From positions 186,001 through 250,000 of the forward strand of contig NW_027191411.1 in the NCBI RefSeq assembly GCF_041146345.1: 64,000 bases of DNA, read 5' to 3'. This DNA comes from Neodothiora populina (Eukaryota). The first letter of the stretch is position 1. The number at the start of each line of letters is the position of its first letter. This document shows positions 25,991 to 39,113 of this stretch, in pieces. The position numbers and the translations under genes were made by a program. Below the pieces are notes generated by a model. It was not told where the DNA came from. It saw only the letters and a list, made by a program, of their open reading frames with translations, and did no database searches.

Positions 25991-26731
25991 GATCGGGAAA
26001 AAAAGACGTCAGCGTACGTAAGGGGAGCGAGCGAGGCTCTCACCGCAAACAGGGTCAACGTAATTATGGAAGGGGTAAAAAGAAAAGGCTATGGTCAGAG
26101 TAAGATATCGTGCAGGTGAAAGAACAAGCAGAGACCCATTGTGAAAACTGCAATCGTGCTGCCCTCTCTCTGTCTCACCGCGAACCCGAACCGCAACCGC
26201 AGCCCGCCAATTCCAAGATCTACATCATCGTCTACGTGCTACTTGTACTTGGATTTTTTTCCAGCCGTCTCAGCGACGTTTCGAGGGTGTGTGAACCGGA
26301 GATGACGACGCCGACCTCTCGTTGGTCGAAGTCATGTACCCGTGTCGGGGTTCCGCGTCACCACCAGAGGCTCATGGCTTTTTCTAGTTCGACACGATTG
26401 CGTGCACAAGCTTTTGCCAAGGAGATTGTCCTGTGCCTGGAACATCCAAACGTGTGGTTTGAGGGTTATATCATTAGCAACTTGGAAACAGGGCCTTGTG
26501 AAACAATTCAGTAAAATGAGTGCTATTGGTGATTGAGAGTATTAAGCATGTTGAAACAAGTCTTTTGTGACTTTGTCGCAACCTCGTTAAGATGCTAAAG
26601 CTACCCAAAATGGGTACGAATACATGATCTAGTTACCCAATTATATATACTTTGTATGTAATCATAGTAATGCGGAGAAGTCTATACGTCCATTAATCCG
26701 ACGAAGCAGTATTGCTCGCAGCAGATCCCAA

Positions 26732-29700
26732 TCATGCAGTGACGGCATCGGCGAATGTCTCCCAGCCGCTTGACTGCCACGGAGCAAGCATGATGGCTCT
26801 TTGCGCATCTTTCACGATACCGGTTCCAGCAAATGCTTCGGCGAGTTCTTTGGCGCCCATTGTGCCGTGAGGAGGTACAGATCGTTGCGCATTCAGCAAC
26901 GCCATCGCTGCTGGGTGATCGCTGTCGACCTGTCCCGCCAACTCTGCCCAGCCGTGGCTCTCATGCGGCGCCAACATGACAGCCGTCTGCGCGACGGCAA
27001 GGCATTCATCTGCAGAGCCTTGAAGTGCTGCTACCGACCCAAGGACTGACTCGATGTTTTCTTTCTCTTGCCTGGTCGTCTTGTCTTCTACCCGCAGGGC
27101 TTCGAGATCATCTTTCATCGCGTCGATGGTGTCCCTGTCATCGTCCATGGCAGCAATGGCGCCTAGGAGGACAATGGAAGGAATGTGGTCAGGATGTGCT
27201 CCCGCGCACTCGAAGAGCTGATCACGAGCTGCGCTCTTCTCTTTCTCACCACCCTTTGCCCAAAGAACCTGCGCGATGAGGCATACAACATCGGGATCGT
27301 TGCTGCTCTCTTCAAGAGCGGCATTGAACATACCAATCGAGCTGTCCCAGTCTTGCAAGTTGAAGGAAGCCAAACCAGCCGTCAGATGTGCAGACAGTCG
27401 AAGCTTGCGCCTTGATTCTGTGTCGAGACCGCATTCGCTTGCATCAGAAGAGAGGTCTAAAGCTGTTCCTGCATTCTCTGCCGCGCTAGAAAAGTCCTTA
27501 GCTGCAAGTTGGTTGCGTGCGAGATCAGCCTTGGCATGTGCAAAGCGGCCTAATGCAGGAAGTGCTTCGGTGGCTTCATATTCTGCTTCAGCTGCAGTGC
27601 ACAGCGAGGTCAGTGTTTCAATCGCAGAAGCGTGATCACCGACCCTCTCGGAGAAGAGAGATGCAAGATGTGCGAATGCGAGATCTGATGGCACAGAAGT
27701 GTGAATTTGCTCCAGGGCGAAGAGAGGTTGGATCAGTGATGTAATCTCATTCGAGGCTGTAGGGTTCTCCAACAGATGATCGAAGAGCGACACAGCATAC
27801 TGACGCTTGATGATGAGCGAGGAGGAGTCGGATATCTCAAAAGCGTGCGTGAAATGTGAAAGTGCCTCCTTGGTGTCGCCCATGAGAAGAGCTATCAACC
27901 CCTCACCTAACCAGGCATGTGCAAATTCTGGGTCTGTAGATTGTGCACGCGCAAACGCCTGATGCGCCAGCTCATAGTCATTGTTCAGAAGATATAACAC
28001 ACCCAGATTCGTCCAGGTACGTGCACTTCGCTCATTCAAGTGTAGAGATCGAACGAAAGAATGTTGAGCAACCTTGGGGTTGAGTTTAGTTGTCACAACT
28101 CCAAGAGCGTTCCAAAATTCCGAATTACCGGCCTCAAGCTCGATAGCACGCTTGAAACATCTGGTAGCAGCTCGGAGATACTTTTTGCTCGATATGGAAT
28201 CGCCACTGCTGTAACCGCGGTACTCAGCCCATCCGAGATTGTACCACGCAACAGCTTGGGCATGAACGTCATGAGCACAGCTGGAGATGGCACGCTTACA
28301 CGCGAGGACAGTCAATCGCAAATATTCTGTGGATGCGACAGAGCTCTCTCCATCTTCACCAATTTCGGCAGGAGCGGCATGCAACGCTTCCTCGCCCACC
28401 CCATCGATATCAGCGAGTACGCTGAACTCATTGGCATCAATGTTCTTTGCCAGAAGTTCACGAGTAGATGTTTCGGGGAAGATGTCTAACTTCTCTTGCA
28501 CCCAGTAGAAGATCGAGCACGCGTCGCCAACAGCCTTCCACAGATTGAAAGCATTTGGTCTGATCTCAGAAATCTTCTGGGCCAGATCGAGCGCTTGTAC
28601 AGCACCCTCTGCAGCTTGTCCGAAGAAGCCGGTCTCGACACAGCGCCATGACCGCTCTACGAATGTCTGCAGAAGAGCTATGAGGACACCAAATTCCTCT
28701 GGTCGATCCTTGAGAACAGCTTGTAGGCCGACGATAGCCTCTTCGTGCTCCCCAAGTTCGCGGTCTACATTCGCAAGCATGTAGCGAGTAAACCAGCTAT
28801 CTCCTGAGACGTCCCATTGTACTCCATCATGTGGCTCTTCGGCATAAGTGAAAGTTCGCCTGGCAGAATTGTATCGTCCCGAGTTGTGGTAACTCTCGCC
28901 AAGTCCAACATACGAGTGGTAGTCGTTTGGACTGATCCTCAATGCTGATAGGAAAGACACGACAGCTTGAGGATACTCTTGTCGATTCATCTGAACCACT
29001 CCAACAGCAGAAAAAGGCCAGCTGATGCCCTTCTTCTTTGATCCTGGCGGAGGTCGGACCTTGCCAGAATCTATGACACGCTGCGCCACGATTTCCACAA
29101 TGTCCCATTCAGCCCGATCTGCAAATGCTCGAGCAAGGCGCTCAGCAGCATCCGTTTCCGAAGACGAGAGCTCGAATGCCTTTTGGAAACATTGTCTTGC
29201 TCGTTTCTTGTCTCTGGCGTAATCTGCATAGTAGAAGCCAAGGCTGGTATATGCCGGCGCGAAACTGACATTGGTCTTGATGGCAGCGAGAAATCGGGCA
29301 TAGGCTCCACTGCGATCCTTGCGAGCGGACTTGGAAGGGTCGAGATCCCACATACACACACCAGTTCGGTACAAGGTCTGAGCCCTGAGTTCTCGAGACT
29401 TGTGATCATCAGGCTTGAGGTCTGGCAAGTACTTCTCCATTTGCTCAAGTGCTGGAGCGAGGTTGCCGCGCAGAGCATCACACCATGCTCCCTCGACTGC
29501 GATGCGCGTATTGCTGGGATCTTGCTCTAGAGCTTGCGTGAGAAAGCCAACTGCTTCATCGTACTCCTCTTGTTCTTCCAAGATAAGACCGAGGCCTATC
29601 AGCGCAGGCGTGGATTTGGAGTTCCTGGCCAGTATATCATTGAAGAGGTCTCTAGCCTCGGGGTGATTCTTGGGCGACTGATGGTGTACCAACGATGTGG

Positions 29701-30980
29701 CCAGGCCACAATTGAGGCCATCTTTGGTGTTCTGCATGTCGAGACCAGACTTTGCCATATCCGTTTGTAGCAGTTTCATTCCAGCGCGCGTCACGTCGAC
29801 CACGCTTTCATATTCTTCGAGATATAGGTAGTAGTCACTGACGAGGCGATGGGCAAGAACAGAAGTGTTTCCATCTTCGAGGCCCTCACCCATCAGTGAT
29901 AGTCTATCTTCCTGAGAAAGTTTGGTTTCTGTTTCCTTGTCATCGTCGTCTTCATTCTTGGGTGGCGGCGGAAATGGCGAGATCTCGCATTCAAGATATG
30001 CTTTGAGTACTTTGCCTAGACTGGTCTCGGGGAAGAACTCCAGATACTCTCGTAGTATGCCAACGTCTAGATCGTGTACTGCGGGGATGTCTCGCCACTC
30101 AATGTCTAATGTCCAAGCCAGGAGGAACGGATGCTTGACAATCACCATGCCACGCGCCGCCTGCAGGACCTGCTCTCTCTTGGCAGCCTTTTCTTCGTCT
30201 GAAAGTACTATCAAGGTATCGAACATGCGCTGAAGCAGTTTCTCCTCAAACTCTCGGCGAGCCTCATCGTCGTTGGTCCAGTCAATCGCATGCTTGTAGA
30301 GCTCCTCGAGATTACTTGCCGTGTAGACTTCCTTCTTGACATCTCTCGTGACTTGGCCAATACGAGCACCTAATCTGGTTCTCCGCTCGCCAATTTGTGA
30401 ATTGATGCGCTGCTTCTCCTCGGTTTCTGTAATCTCAGCCAACCTGGTATAAGTAAGTGAAGGGTGAGGTATCCGACCCTCCAAGAAATCGTAGATGGGA
30501 CTCTGTGGTAATAAGATCTCCAATGAACGCTTGTACTGCGCAACGCTTCCATTGGCTTTTGCGAATTTAGTGAATTTGTCAACTGCAGTCTGACATCTAT
30601 GTTTGTCGTCTGCGTTTGCGTAGATCTCGGCAACTTTCACCGTTGCTTCACGATACTCGTCGATTTTGGAAGGGCCTTGACTCTCGTATAAATCACAGAG
30701 ACCTAGCCATGCTTGTGCATCATCTGGTTTGAGCTTCGTCGCTGAGATGTAGGCTTTTGCCGCCTCGCCAGGCTTGCTTTGCTTCTGACGTGCGCGACCT
30801 AGGAAGAGGTTGCTGCGATAACGTTAGAAACATGTTCGTCTTTTTAGCTCAGAGTTGTACATACGCAAAGTAATTGTTCGAATCCGAGGACAGCACATTT
30901 TCGGCCTGTGTCACGACTTCGTCCCAGTTCTCCGCATCGAGAGCAGCTTTTGCTGCTTTCAGTGCTGCTTTAGTTGACAT
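26732..30980 (-). CDS. SKI3: Superkiller complex TPR protein Ski3
   Basis: Start MSTKAALKAAKAALDAENWDEVV at 30980, one short intron (~30863-30814), then a long TPR-rich ORF with RTRLGARIGQV, YLLNNDYELAHQAFARAQSTDP and AQRAIMLAPW. Confidence 0.92.
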
Positions 30981-31325
30981 GTTTTACTGTTGCGCCACAT
31001 GTACAGTCTTTACATTCATGTATGCAAAAGTACCAAACAAGTCTGCGGCGGAATGGTCACGGTGTGGTGGATTGTATATCAAAAAGACGATATATGGTTT
31101 GCGATTTGTCCACACCAATGACGTCTGATGATGGACTTGTAGAAGCACTGGCGACTGTGCCAAGGCTTTAACCGTCTCATCCCCCATGGATGGCAGTACT
31201 GCAACAAGACTAAACATTAATCCACGTCAATCTGCATACCTTATACTATACTACGACCAGTCTCCAACATCAAAGTGCAACCAGAGAACAAGTGCAAGAC
31301 CATAAAAAGCGTCATACATCCACAA

Positions 31326-32559
31326 ATGGATCTCTCATCAGCCCTATTCTCGCCCTCCAAAGCCCGGCAACAACAAGCACAAGCCAAAGACTGGGTACTA
31401 GTAGACTCATGGCTGTCGCGGAAATACTATCCGAAACCAGTGCCTTCTTTCGAGCGTAACGAGTATACGTTGCAGGCGTTGATGACGCTTGTGGCATTCA
31501 GTGAGCGCGCGGATGACGAGGAGGGACTGTTGCATAACGTGGAGCTGCAGGCGTTTAGGGAGCTTGAAGAAAAGGTGAGAGAAATAGTGTTTTTTGTTGA
31601 TGTGGAATGTTGCCGAGCTGAGAGTCCCCTTTTCTGTTTCTTTTTGTTGTAATTTTGCAGTAATAACAAAATGATATGTTCCTTGAGCTTGGTCGTGTCG
31701 AGGGAGATATATCGCATGATCCGCGTATTTACCATATAAAGAACAAAATACCATTTCTTCATACTTTGCCATTATAACAATCTTCTCAAAAACAAACCAT
31801 TAATCGGCCCTTGAGAGACTGAACGACCCAGCTAACACCTGCCACTCTTTTTGTCAACCTAAAAAGACCCCCGACGAAACCAGCCTCAAAATCTCCGCCA
31901 CACTCGAGTCATCCCTCTCAAAATCCAGCCAAGCAGCTCTACAGACCCTCTCCGAAGTTTCCGTGACGATCGACAGGCCGCACCCAGACCCTCAAAGCCA
32001 AGCTCTACATCTCACGACTCTGACCAGCGATGTGTTCCATCTCTCCCAATCGTTAGCGCAGACAAAACACCTGTTGCAGACTGCTCAGAGAGAGCAAAGA
32101 CGCCTCAAGACTTTACTCGATGATGTGGCTTCTGAGGCATTCGTTCCAGCACCTGATCTTCCAGCGCAGACAGCGACCTTCACGCGCGACACGAAACTGC
32201 TGAGCCTGAAACTCGACGAGTACAATGAACGGCTGGCGCATATCGCGTCCTCTGCTCCACACGGCACCTCCTCCTTTGGCAGTAGTGCCGAAGTGAGCAT
32301 TTCCGAGCTCGAGAACGCGCAGGCGCAGCTGAGGGGCTTGAAGGTAAGAGTGGCGGATGTGGAGGCGAGGATCAAGTGGTTTGAGGATCTGCCTTCTGAT
32401 GTCGGGGCTGCGAGACGGGTATTGGAGGGTTTGAAGGGTGAACTCAAGGAGTTGGTTGCGAAGCGGAATGAAGGGTTTGAGAGACTGCTGATTGAAGCTG
32501 GGAAAGACTCGACAGATGAAAGGGGGAACGGAAGGTCAAGGTTACCTCTTCGAAAGTGA
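31326..32559 (+). CDS. HAUS1/augmin subunit 1-like coiled-coil protein
   Basis: MDLSSALFSPSKARQQQAQAKDWVLVDSWLSRKY...PSFERNEYTLQAL; C-terminal FEDLPSDVGAARRVLEGLKGEL. An intron at 31575 to ~31866 keeps the frame. Confidence 0.7.
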
Positions 32560-32610
32560 GTAACATGGACAAATGGATAGGGTCAGGGGACGTTAGATGA
32601 GTAGTAGAAG

Positions 32611-32730
32611 ATGCTGAAGGGAATTACTACAAGACGCGATGAAGATCTCGAAAGACCACTGATCGATGCCGGTAAAGACTCGTCGGAAGAAAGAGGAAGC
32701 GGGAGGTCAAGACTGCCATTCAGGAGATGA
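32611..32730 (+). other. Diverged tandem copy of the last ~38 codons of the HAUS1-like gene (alternative terminal exon or relic)
   Basis: Translates MLKGITTRRDEDLERPLIDAGKDSSEERGSGRSRLPFRR*, versus the gene end LKELVAKRNEGFERLLIEAGKDSTDERGNGRSRLPLRK*. Confidence 0.8.
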
Positions 32731-33047
32731 TTGAGATAGACTTGCAGACGAATTAGAGTATTAGACGTTATCGAGACATTCATCACAAGACATAATGAAC
32801 GACAGGCACACTTCCCATGGACACCTATAGAAGACTATTCGATAGAAAGAGAGATAGGGAAACAAAAGTTTAGAAGGAGATTAGCTGAGCAGTATATGGC
32901 TGCACTGCAGACAAACATACGCATATCTACACCATTATCAATGGTCCTTGTACAATCGTCTAGAAGAGCAAAAAGGCAAGAAAAAACAAAGACATACGGA
33001 GGAGAGTGCTGGTACAGGTGAAAAAGAAAAGGAGGAAGAAGAAGTGT

Positions 33048-33163
33048 CGACGCGAGCAGGATTTGAACCTGCGCATCCGAAGATAATAGATTATACTAGC
33101 AGTGCCGCTTACGGGAGTGGACAAATTCTAGTCTATCGCCTTAGACCGCTCGGCCATCGCGCC
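33048..33163 (-). tRNA. tRNA-Ser(AGA) with 34-nt intron
   Basis: Minus strand GGCGCGA-TGGCCGAGCGGTCTAAGGCG-ATAGA-CTAGAA-[intron]-A-TCTAT-long variable arm-GCAGG-TTCAAAT-CCTGC-TCGCGTC-G. Mature length 82 nt, G discriminator, downstream T-runs. Confidence 0.93.
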
Positions 33164-33719
33164 TTTCATCATGTGTTGACGCTATCTCATCATCAATATA
33201 AAGTCTTCCTAAAAGCTGGGTGTTGATGCTTGTTGGTCTTCGTGATCAGCTTGGGTGATACGGTAGAGATTGGATCTCCTATACTTTGTCTTTTTGGTCA
33301 TTTGTATTGTGTGAACCTTGCCTATAGTCCCCGGATACATGTTATCATATTGAAAAGACTGGGAACTTCACTTGAGAATACTTGGTAATCAAGTACAGAA
33401 CGTCACAAAAAGGTCGATCGCTTTGAACTCGAAGAGTGTAATGTAAATAACTAATCAATACCTGTTTCCTCTTTTCCGGTTCCGTATTTCTCTTCCTCTT
33501 GCCACGGTGATTGTAAGCCTCATTCGATGTATATGCAGGACCAACTCCAATCCGCAATTCCACCCTCCATACACACGACCGGCCTTCTTCCATACCTCAC
33601 AAACACCACTGCCACGATAAACGCGACAGCGTCTCTTCTTTTCCGTCAAGATGATCATCGCGATCCCGAAGAGCCATGTGTTTTCTCTCTGTTATTCCTT
33701 TTTCATTTCTTTGCATCAT

Positions 33720-36179
33720 TCAATCAACTCCCAAATCAGCCACCATGCCCTGCTCTTCTTGTATCTGGCCCCCGAGGCTATAACTCGCGCGCCACCTCAT
33801 CTTGACTTGACGTCCTGTGCCTCGTTGTACGCCTTGAACGCGAATGTTCTGGGTGATGCCGTCGCGTTGACCTGGTTGCAGATTTCGGCCTGATTGCGGG
33901 TCGAGTTTGAGAGAGTAGCCCTTTTTGTTACTGATTAGTCCATGTGCGCATCTATGAGAATGAAGAGTGTATGGATTGAGCAGGGAAATTACCTTTGTTA
34001 CAGCAAGCTGGAACGTCAAGTCAGTAATGGGCTGCGGTGTGTTGTTGCTGATCCTGCTCTCGATGGAAAGCCAACCATTTGCACTGGCTGATCGCGAAAC
34101 ACTGAACACGGTAGCAATACTCGAGTTTGTGACTTGGATCTCCTTCTTGCTCTCTGGTTGAGGCAAAGACGAAGTAAAAGCCCACTCTTCGTCGCCAAAG
34201 GCCCCGTTACCACCACCATTGCTGATGAGTGAAGTTGGTCTGGGCTGTTGCTGTTGCTGCGTCTGAGGTCGCTGTTGCAAAGCTGGCGACCCTGGAGCCT
34301 TGTAGGCCTGCTGGAACTGAAAGGGAGACCCCGATCTGGAGGTGCTGGTGAGGGCAGCGAAAGGATCAGCCTTGTGCACGGCTTGCTGCGGGGCTTGCTG
34401 CACCGGTGGAGGAGGAGGAGGCTGCTGAGAGAACAGATTCGGCTGAGGCGAGGCAGGGACTGAGGTAGGTTGTGAAATGGTAGCAAAGGCATTGTAGCTA
34501 GGCTGCGGGGTGTGCGACGGGGCATTGAACTGAGAGAGAATGTCGGAATTTGAAGTTCGCGCCTTGTGGCCCTGAGCCGACGGAGTCGACGATGAAGGAC
34601 CGGCGCCAGTCAGATCTGCCAATGCATTGCTGGGTGAGCCGAGAGACAGGGCACCTCCAGAGCCAAAGCCCGTGTCGCCCGGACCAATGGACAAGCCAAG
34701 CAGGTCGTCCTCGAGAGAGTTCCCTTTCGGCGGGGGTGGGGGAGGCTCAGAGGAAGAGGAAGCGGGAGCATCGGCGGCAGGTTCTTGGTCAAGAGCACCA
34801 AAATCAATGAGAGACAGCTCGTTGTTTGCGCCCTTCTTGACACCGGCTCCGCTGATACCAAGCGTTCCCTGCTTGATGTTGTTCGCGCCTTGAATGTCTC
34901 CCTTTTTGATCAACTTGTAACGCTCGATGGTGCGGTGAATGCTGTCGTTGATCTCGAACAGTTTTGCGACTGCTTCGTGGTCCTCGGATTCTTCTTCGCA
35001 CATCCTCTGGATCTTGGGCTGCGCACTGGCAAGCGCGTTGGCCAATTCCTGGGGGCGTGGTGAGTTGTGATTGTGGACAGATGGGCGAAGAAAACAACAA
35101 ACCTCGAATACATCTCCTTCTTTGATCTCATCGCCCGCCTTGTAGCCCTGCAGCATCTCTTCGAGCAGCCTGGCCTTTTGCTGGATCTTGCCCACCTCTT
35201 CGGCAGCCTTTGCGCGGTAGTCGGTCTTGTGTCGGTTGTCGAATCCGGCCATGACCTTCATGAGTTTGTTTGCCTCTTGCAAGTCGTGGGGAGTTCCGCG
35301 TCGAATGAGTTCCTGCAGCTTGGCGGACTGGTGTTGTCTTTCCTCTTCCTCCATCTCCTCGGCGGATCTGAGATTCTGTGTGATTGAGAGAAAGTCAGTC
35401 ATCTGTGTCGCGGGCGGGCCGAGAGCAAAGGGTCGCATACATCGCTAGGATTGAGAACTGCGGCATCCTCTTTCTTGACTTCGGGGAAGACATAGCCCTT
35501 GTAGCTCAACAGTCTGTGCATGTCACGAATGAAGCCCAGATCCTCCTTGTACTTTGACGTCTGGCAGATGGTGGAGCGCCATTCCTCAATCAACTCGAGG
35601 ATCTTGTGTTGCACGCGAGTCGGTCGCATCTGAGGGCGCTCGGGGAAGCGACGGACGAGCTCATTGAGGAACTCCTTTGTGCTGATCTGGAGGTGGAAGG
35701 GGTAGCCGCAGTTCTTGACGCAGATGTCGAGCAGAGACAGGGCGAGGAGAGAGACGTTGGGGTTGCGGTGATTGACGAGTTGCACAATGCAGATGGCCGC
35801 TTCTCGAGGTCTGGACGATGGTGATGGTGGTTCAGTGGCTAGACAGCAAGAGAGAGAAAGCCAGATGCAAAGAGAGAGAAAGCCAGATGCAAAGAGAGAG
35901 AAAGCAAGATGCAAAGAGAGAGACGATGACTTACGCATTGCCCTTTTTCGCATTGATCAAGTCGGCAATCTCGAGACACAGCGCCAGGTTGGGCTCATAG
36001 TTCTGAGGATCGCAAGCATTTTCTTTTGGTACGAGTCAGACATCTGGTTCATCATTTGCGGGTACCAGAAAAGAGAAAGAAAGAAGAGACTGACGGATGT
36101 ATCGCTGCAGCGGGGTCTGAGGTGCCTCACCAGGGGCGAACCTGTCCCTGGCGGCGTAACGAGCCGATGCCGCCTCCAC
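33720..36179 (-). CDS. GGA2: GGA clathrin adaptor (VHS, GAT, GAE domains); apparent GTG start
   Basis: VHS: LQRYIQNACDPQNYEPNLAL...CVKNCGYPFHLQISTKEFLNELVRRFPERP. GAT: AKLQELIRRGTPHDLQEANKLMK. GAE: ITDLTFQLAVTK|GYSLKLDPQSGR...VKMRWRASY. Multiple introns. The symbol names the family; GGA1 versus GGA2 cannot be distinguished. Confidence 0.92.
35849..35922 (+). repeat. ~22-bp tandem repeat (AGAGAGAGAAAGCCAGATGCAA) x~3 inside a GGA intron
   Basis: Seen directly in the second GGA intron. Confidence 0.85.
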
Positions 36180-36916
36180 TTTGACGGCTTTGGTATTCGT
36201 CGAGGTTGTTTTGTTGTTTGGCAAAGTATGCAAGGCAAGACGGAAACGATGTCAGCTGAGGGGTTGTTTACTATCGCGACGAGAGGGCACACGGCGGCGT
36301 GCTGGCCACTCGGCACTGGGGAAGAGAGTGAGGTAGAGTGAGATGTAAGTGTTGACCAAGGTAAGATACAAGGCACGAGCAGTATGGAATAATACGCATG
36401 TATAAGGTAATGGAAGGTACACAAGCTCATGCCATGCCAGTCCAGTCCATGCCGGTTCGATGCCATCATAAGCCAGTGGAACTCAAGGTGACCCACTCGT
36501 ATCTCTACAGTACCGTGTCTCTACAGTACCGTATCTCTCACTCACACGCCAAACTCGGCCCGACCTGATCCGGCCTCAGGCTCGAGAGAGGGGGTAAAGA
36601 TAGACGGCGGCCTCAGGCTCGCATTCCTTGCACCGTACTTGTGCAAAGTACCGGTACTTGTAGGTGATGCTCTTGGCACCCCACTTCTCGGTGACGTCGG
36701 CCCTTGATGAAGAGCTTCCATTGTGAAGGGCAACTGCCCGATACAGAACACAGATCACAGTCATTGATTGTTCGGAAATCCTGAGCTTCCTTTTTTGGCT
36801 CTTGCCGCCACTGTCTGAACAACGACAACACTGACTTGTCCATATTTCCAAGTCATTACCCAGAAACGGACAGAAATCTCTCTCCAAGAAGATTCAGGAG
36901 TTAGCAAAGAAGAAAG

Positions 36917-37666
36917 ATGGTTCGCCACAAGAAAGACCACGCCGGCAAAGGCAAGAAATTCACCACCTCGCGGACCGCACGACCCATGCCACCCGCCAGA
37001 GGCACAGAAGCAGCGACAGAAGACGGCGGCTCTGCTTCAGGCGGCAGCGGCAGCGGCAACCGACGTCCACCCTACAAAGCCGCAGCATGGGATCTGAACC
37101 ACTGCGACGCGAAGCGCTGCTCGGGCAAACGCCTCATGCGCCTGGGTCTGATGCGCGAGTTGCACGTCGGCCAGAAGTTCCAGGGCATCGTCGTTTCTCC
37201 CAATGCCAAAACCATCTGCAATCCTTCCGATCGGGAACTGGTCGAGACGTACGGAGCGGCCGTCGTCGAGGCCTCGTGGAACAGAATCGCCGAGGTTCCC
37301 TTCGGCAAGATCGGAGGTCCCCACCAGCGACTACTGCCCTATCTTATTGCTGCCAACCAGACCAACTACGGCCGACCGTGGAGGCTGAACTGTGTCGAAG
37401 CTCTCGCTGCTTGTTTTTTCATTGTGGGACACAGAGAGTGGGCCGAGGACATTCTTTCGTCCTTTTCCTACGGTCCTTCCTTCATCAACATCAACGAAGC
37501 AGTGCTGAAGCGCTACGCTGCCTCAAAAGACGAACAAGGCATCAAAAAAGCCGAAGAAGACTGGCTGGCCAAGATCGAGGACGAGTACAACGAAGATCGA
37601 GCAGAGAGAGAAGCACACAAGAAGGACGTGTGGACTGGAGGAAACACGAATCGAACACGCAACCTA

Positions 37667-37697
<31 letters not shown>

Positions 37698-38167
37698 CGG
37701 AAGACGGAGAAGGAGGAGAGCAGAGCAAGGACGAGGAAGACTCGGAAGAAGAAGAAGAGGACGAGGAAGACACAAGAGACCCCTACGGCATGCCGCCCTC
37801 AGACTCCGACGACGAAGAAGAAATGGCCGAACTCCGCCGCCGCGTCCTGGCCTCGAAACCTTTCGTCAATCCCACTCCCGCCCCTCAACAACAACCCACC
37901 TCCGACTCCGACTCCGACTCCGAGTCGGGCGCGAGACCGAAAGCCCACCGCATAATCTCACAAAACAATCAAGACTCGGACGCAGAGTCGGGCTCGGATG
38001 TTGACGACAACGACGAAGACGACGACTTTGACAACATCATCAACGCCACTCCGGTCACAGATCGAACGGGGATATTACGCAAAGAAAAGCAGAAGAAACA
38101 AGACGCCGTCAGCGCCAGGTTCTCCAGAGCTGTTGTTGACGCGCCTTCAAAGTGGCCGCCGTCTTGA
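36917..38167 (+). CDS. TSR3: 18S rRNA aminocarboxypropyltransferase Tsr3
   Basis: WDLNHCDAKRCSGKRL, RLLPYLIAANQTNYGRPWRLNCVEALAA, and an acidic tail. Confidence 0.95.
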
Positions 38168-38693
38168 GCGTGTCATCGTCTCTTTCATGCCTACCAAGCT
38201 CTGCCTACCAAGCTCTGGTTGTTTTCGTCTTTCTGATTCATCGTCAGCAGAGCTCAGTGTAGCAAAAGTGCGAATATGAGATGATACCAACCCTCGTAAT
38301 AGCAATGACCATATATCCATCTTATCATCATTTTCTCGCAAACTTCTCTATAATTGCCACCTGAAGCTGTTTTCATCTTGTGTGATACAGGACATTCGAG
38401 ACAGAACCGTGCTGGCTGGAGCTGTTCCCTGTTGATGGGCTTGCTTGCCACGCTGCGACATGTACCTACTACATCTCCGAGCTTATTCCTTGAAGATATC
38501 TGACCGTCGACAAGCCATTGATACGATGTTCTTGATGTAGCAAAGAATTCATGATTGCCACTAGGAAAACGCTATACGACGAGAAATACAATGCCATAGA
38601 AGACGTCCAACCACTCAGTCTCTTGTTCCGCGACCATCATCGTCATCGCTTTCTCCTGCACAACCATGCCCACAACCCGGCGCCATCATCACT

Positions 38694-39113
38694 CTACGAC
38701 GTCTTAGCCTTGACCTCGCCCTCGACCTCCTTGGCCTTTCCCTTGGCCTCACCAGACAACTCAGACGCCTTGCCCTTGGCCTCACCCGCGAGCTCCGATG
38801 CCTTTCCCTGGAGCTCTGAGGCCTTGCCCTTTGCTTCCGAGGCGTTCATGCCCGCGGCGGACTTGGCGGCTTGGGCTGCTTGTTCTGTTGTTTTCACATC
38901 AGCAACTTGTTCCTATTGATAGTCAGAGGGCGAGCAAGACATACCGCCCTTCTCAATGCCCTTGACGGCGGCATCAGAGACGGTCCGATCGACGGTCTTG
39001 GCGGCGTCCTTTGCGGCCTCGACGGGGCTCTTCTGCAGACGCGCGGCGTTGCTGAAGAAGCGAGGTGCTTGAGCGGAGACGCGCACTGAGCGGACGATTT
39101 GTTGGCGGAACAT
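38694..39113 (-). CDS. Small mitochondrial LEA-domain-like protein
   Basis: Arg-rich presequence-like MFRQQIVRSVRVSAQAPRFFS, then KTVDRTVSDAAVKGIEKG|EQAAQ and 11-mer repeats (AKGKASELxGE); one intron. Confidence 0.8.

Noticed and set aside
38885..38944. Second branch point and acceptor inside the LEA-like intron
   Set aside because: The inner intron would be about 32 nt, too short for normal splicing, and leads to an immediate stop.
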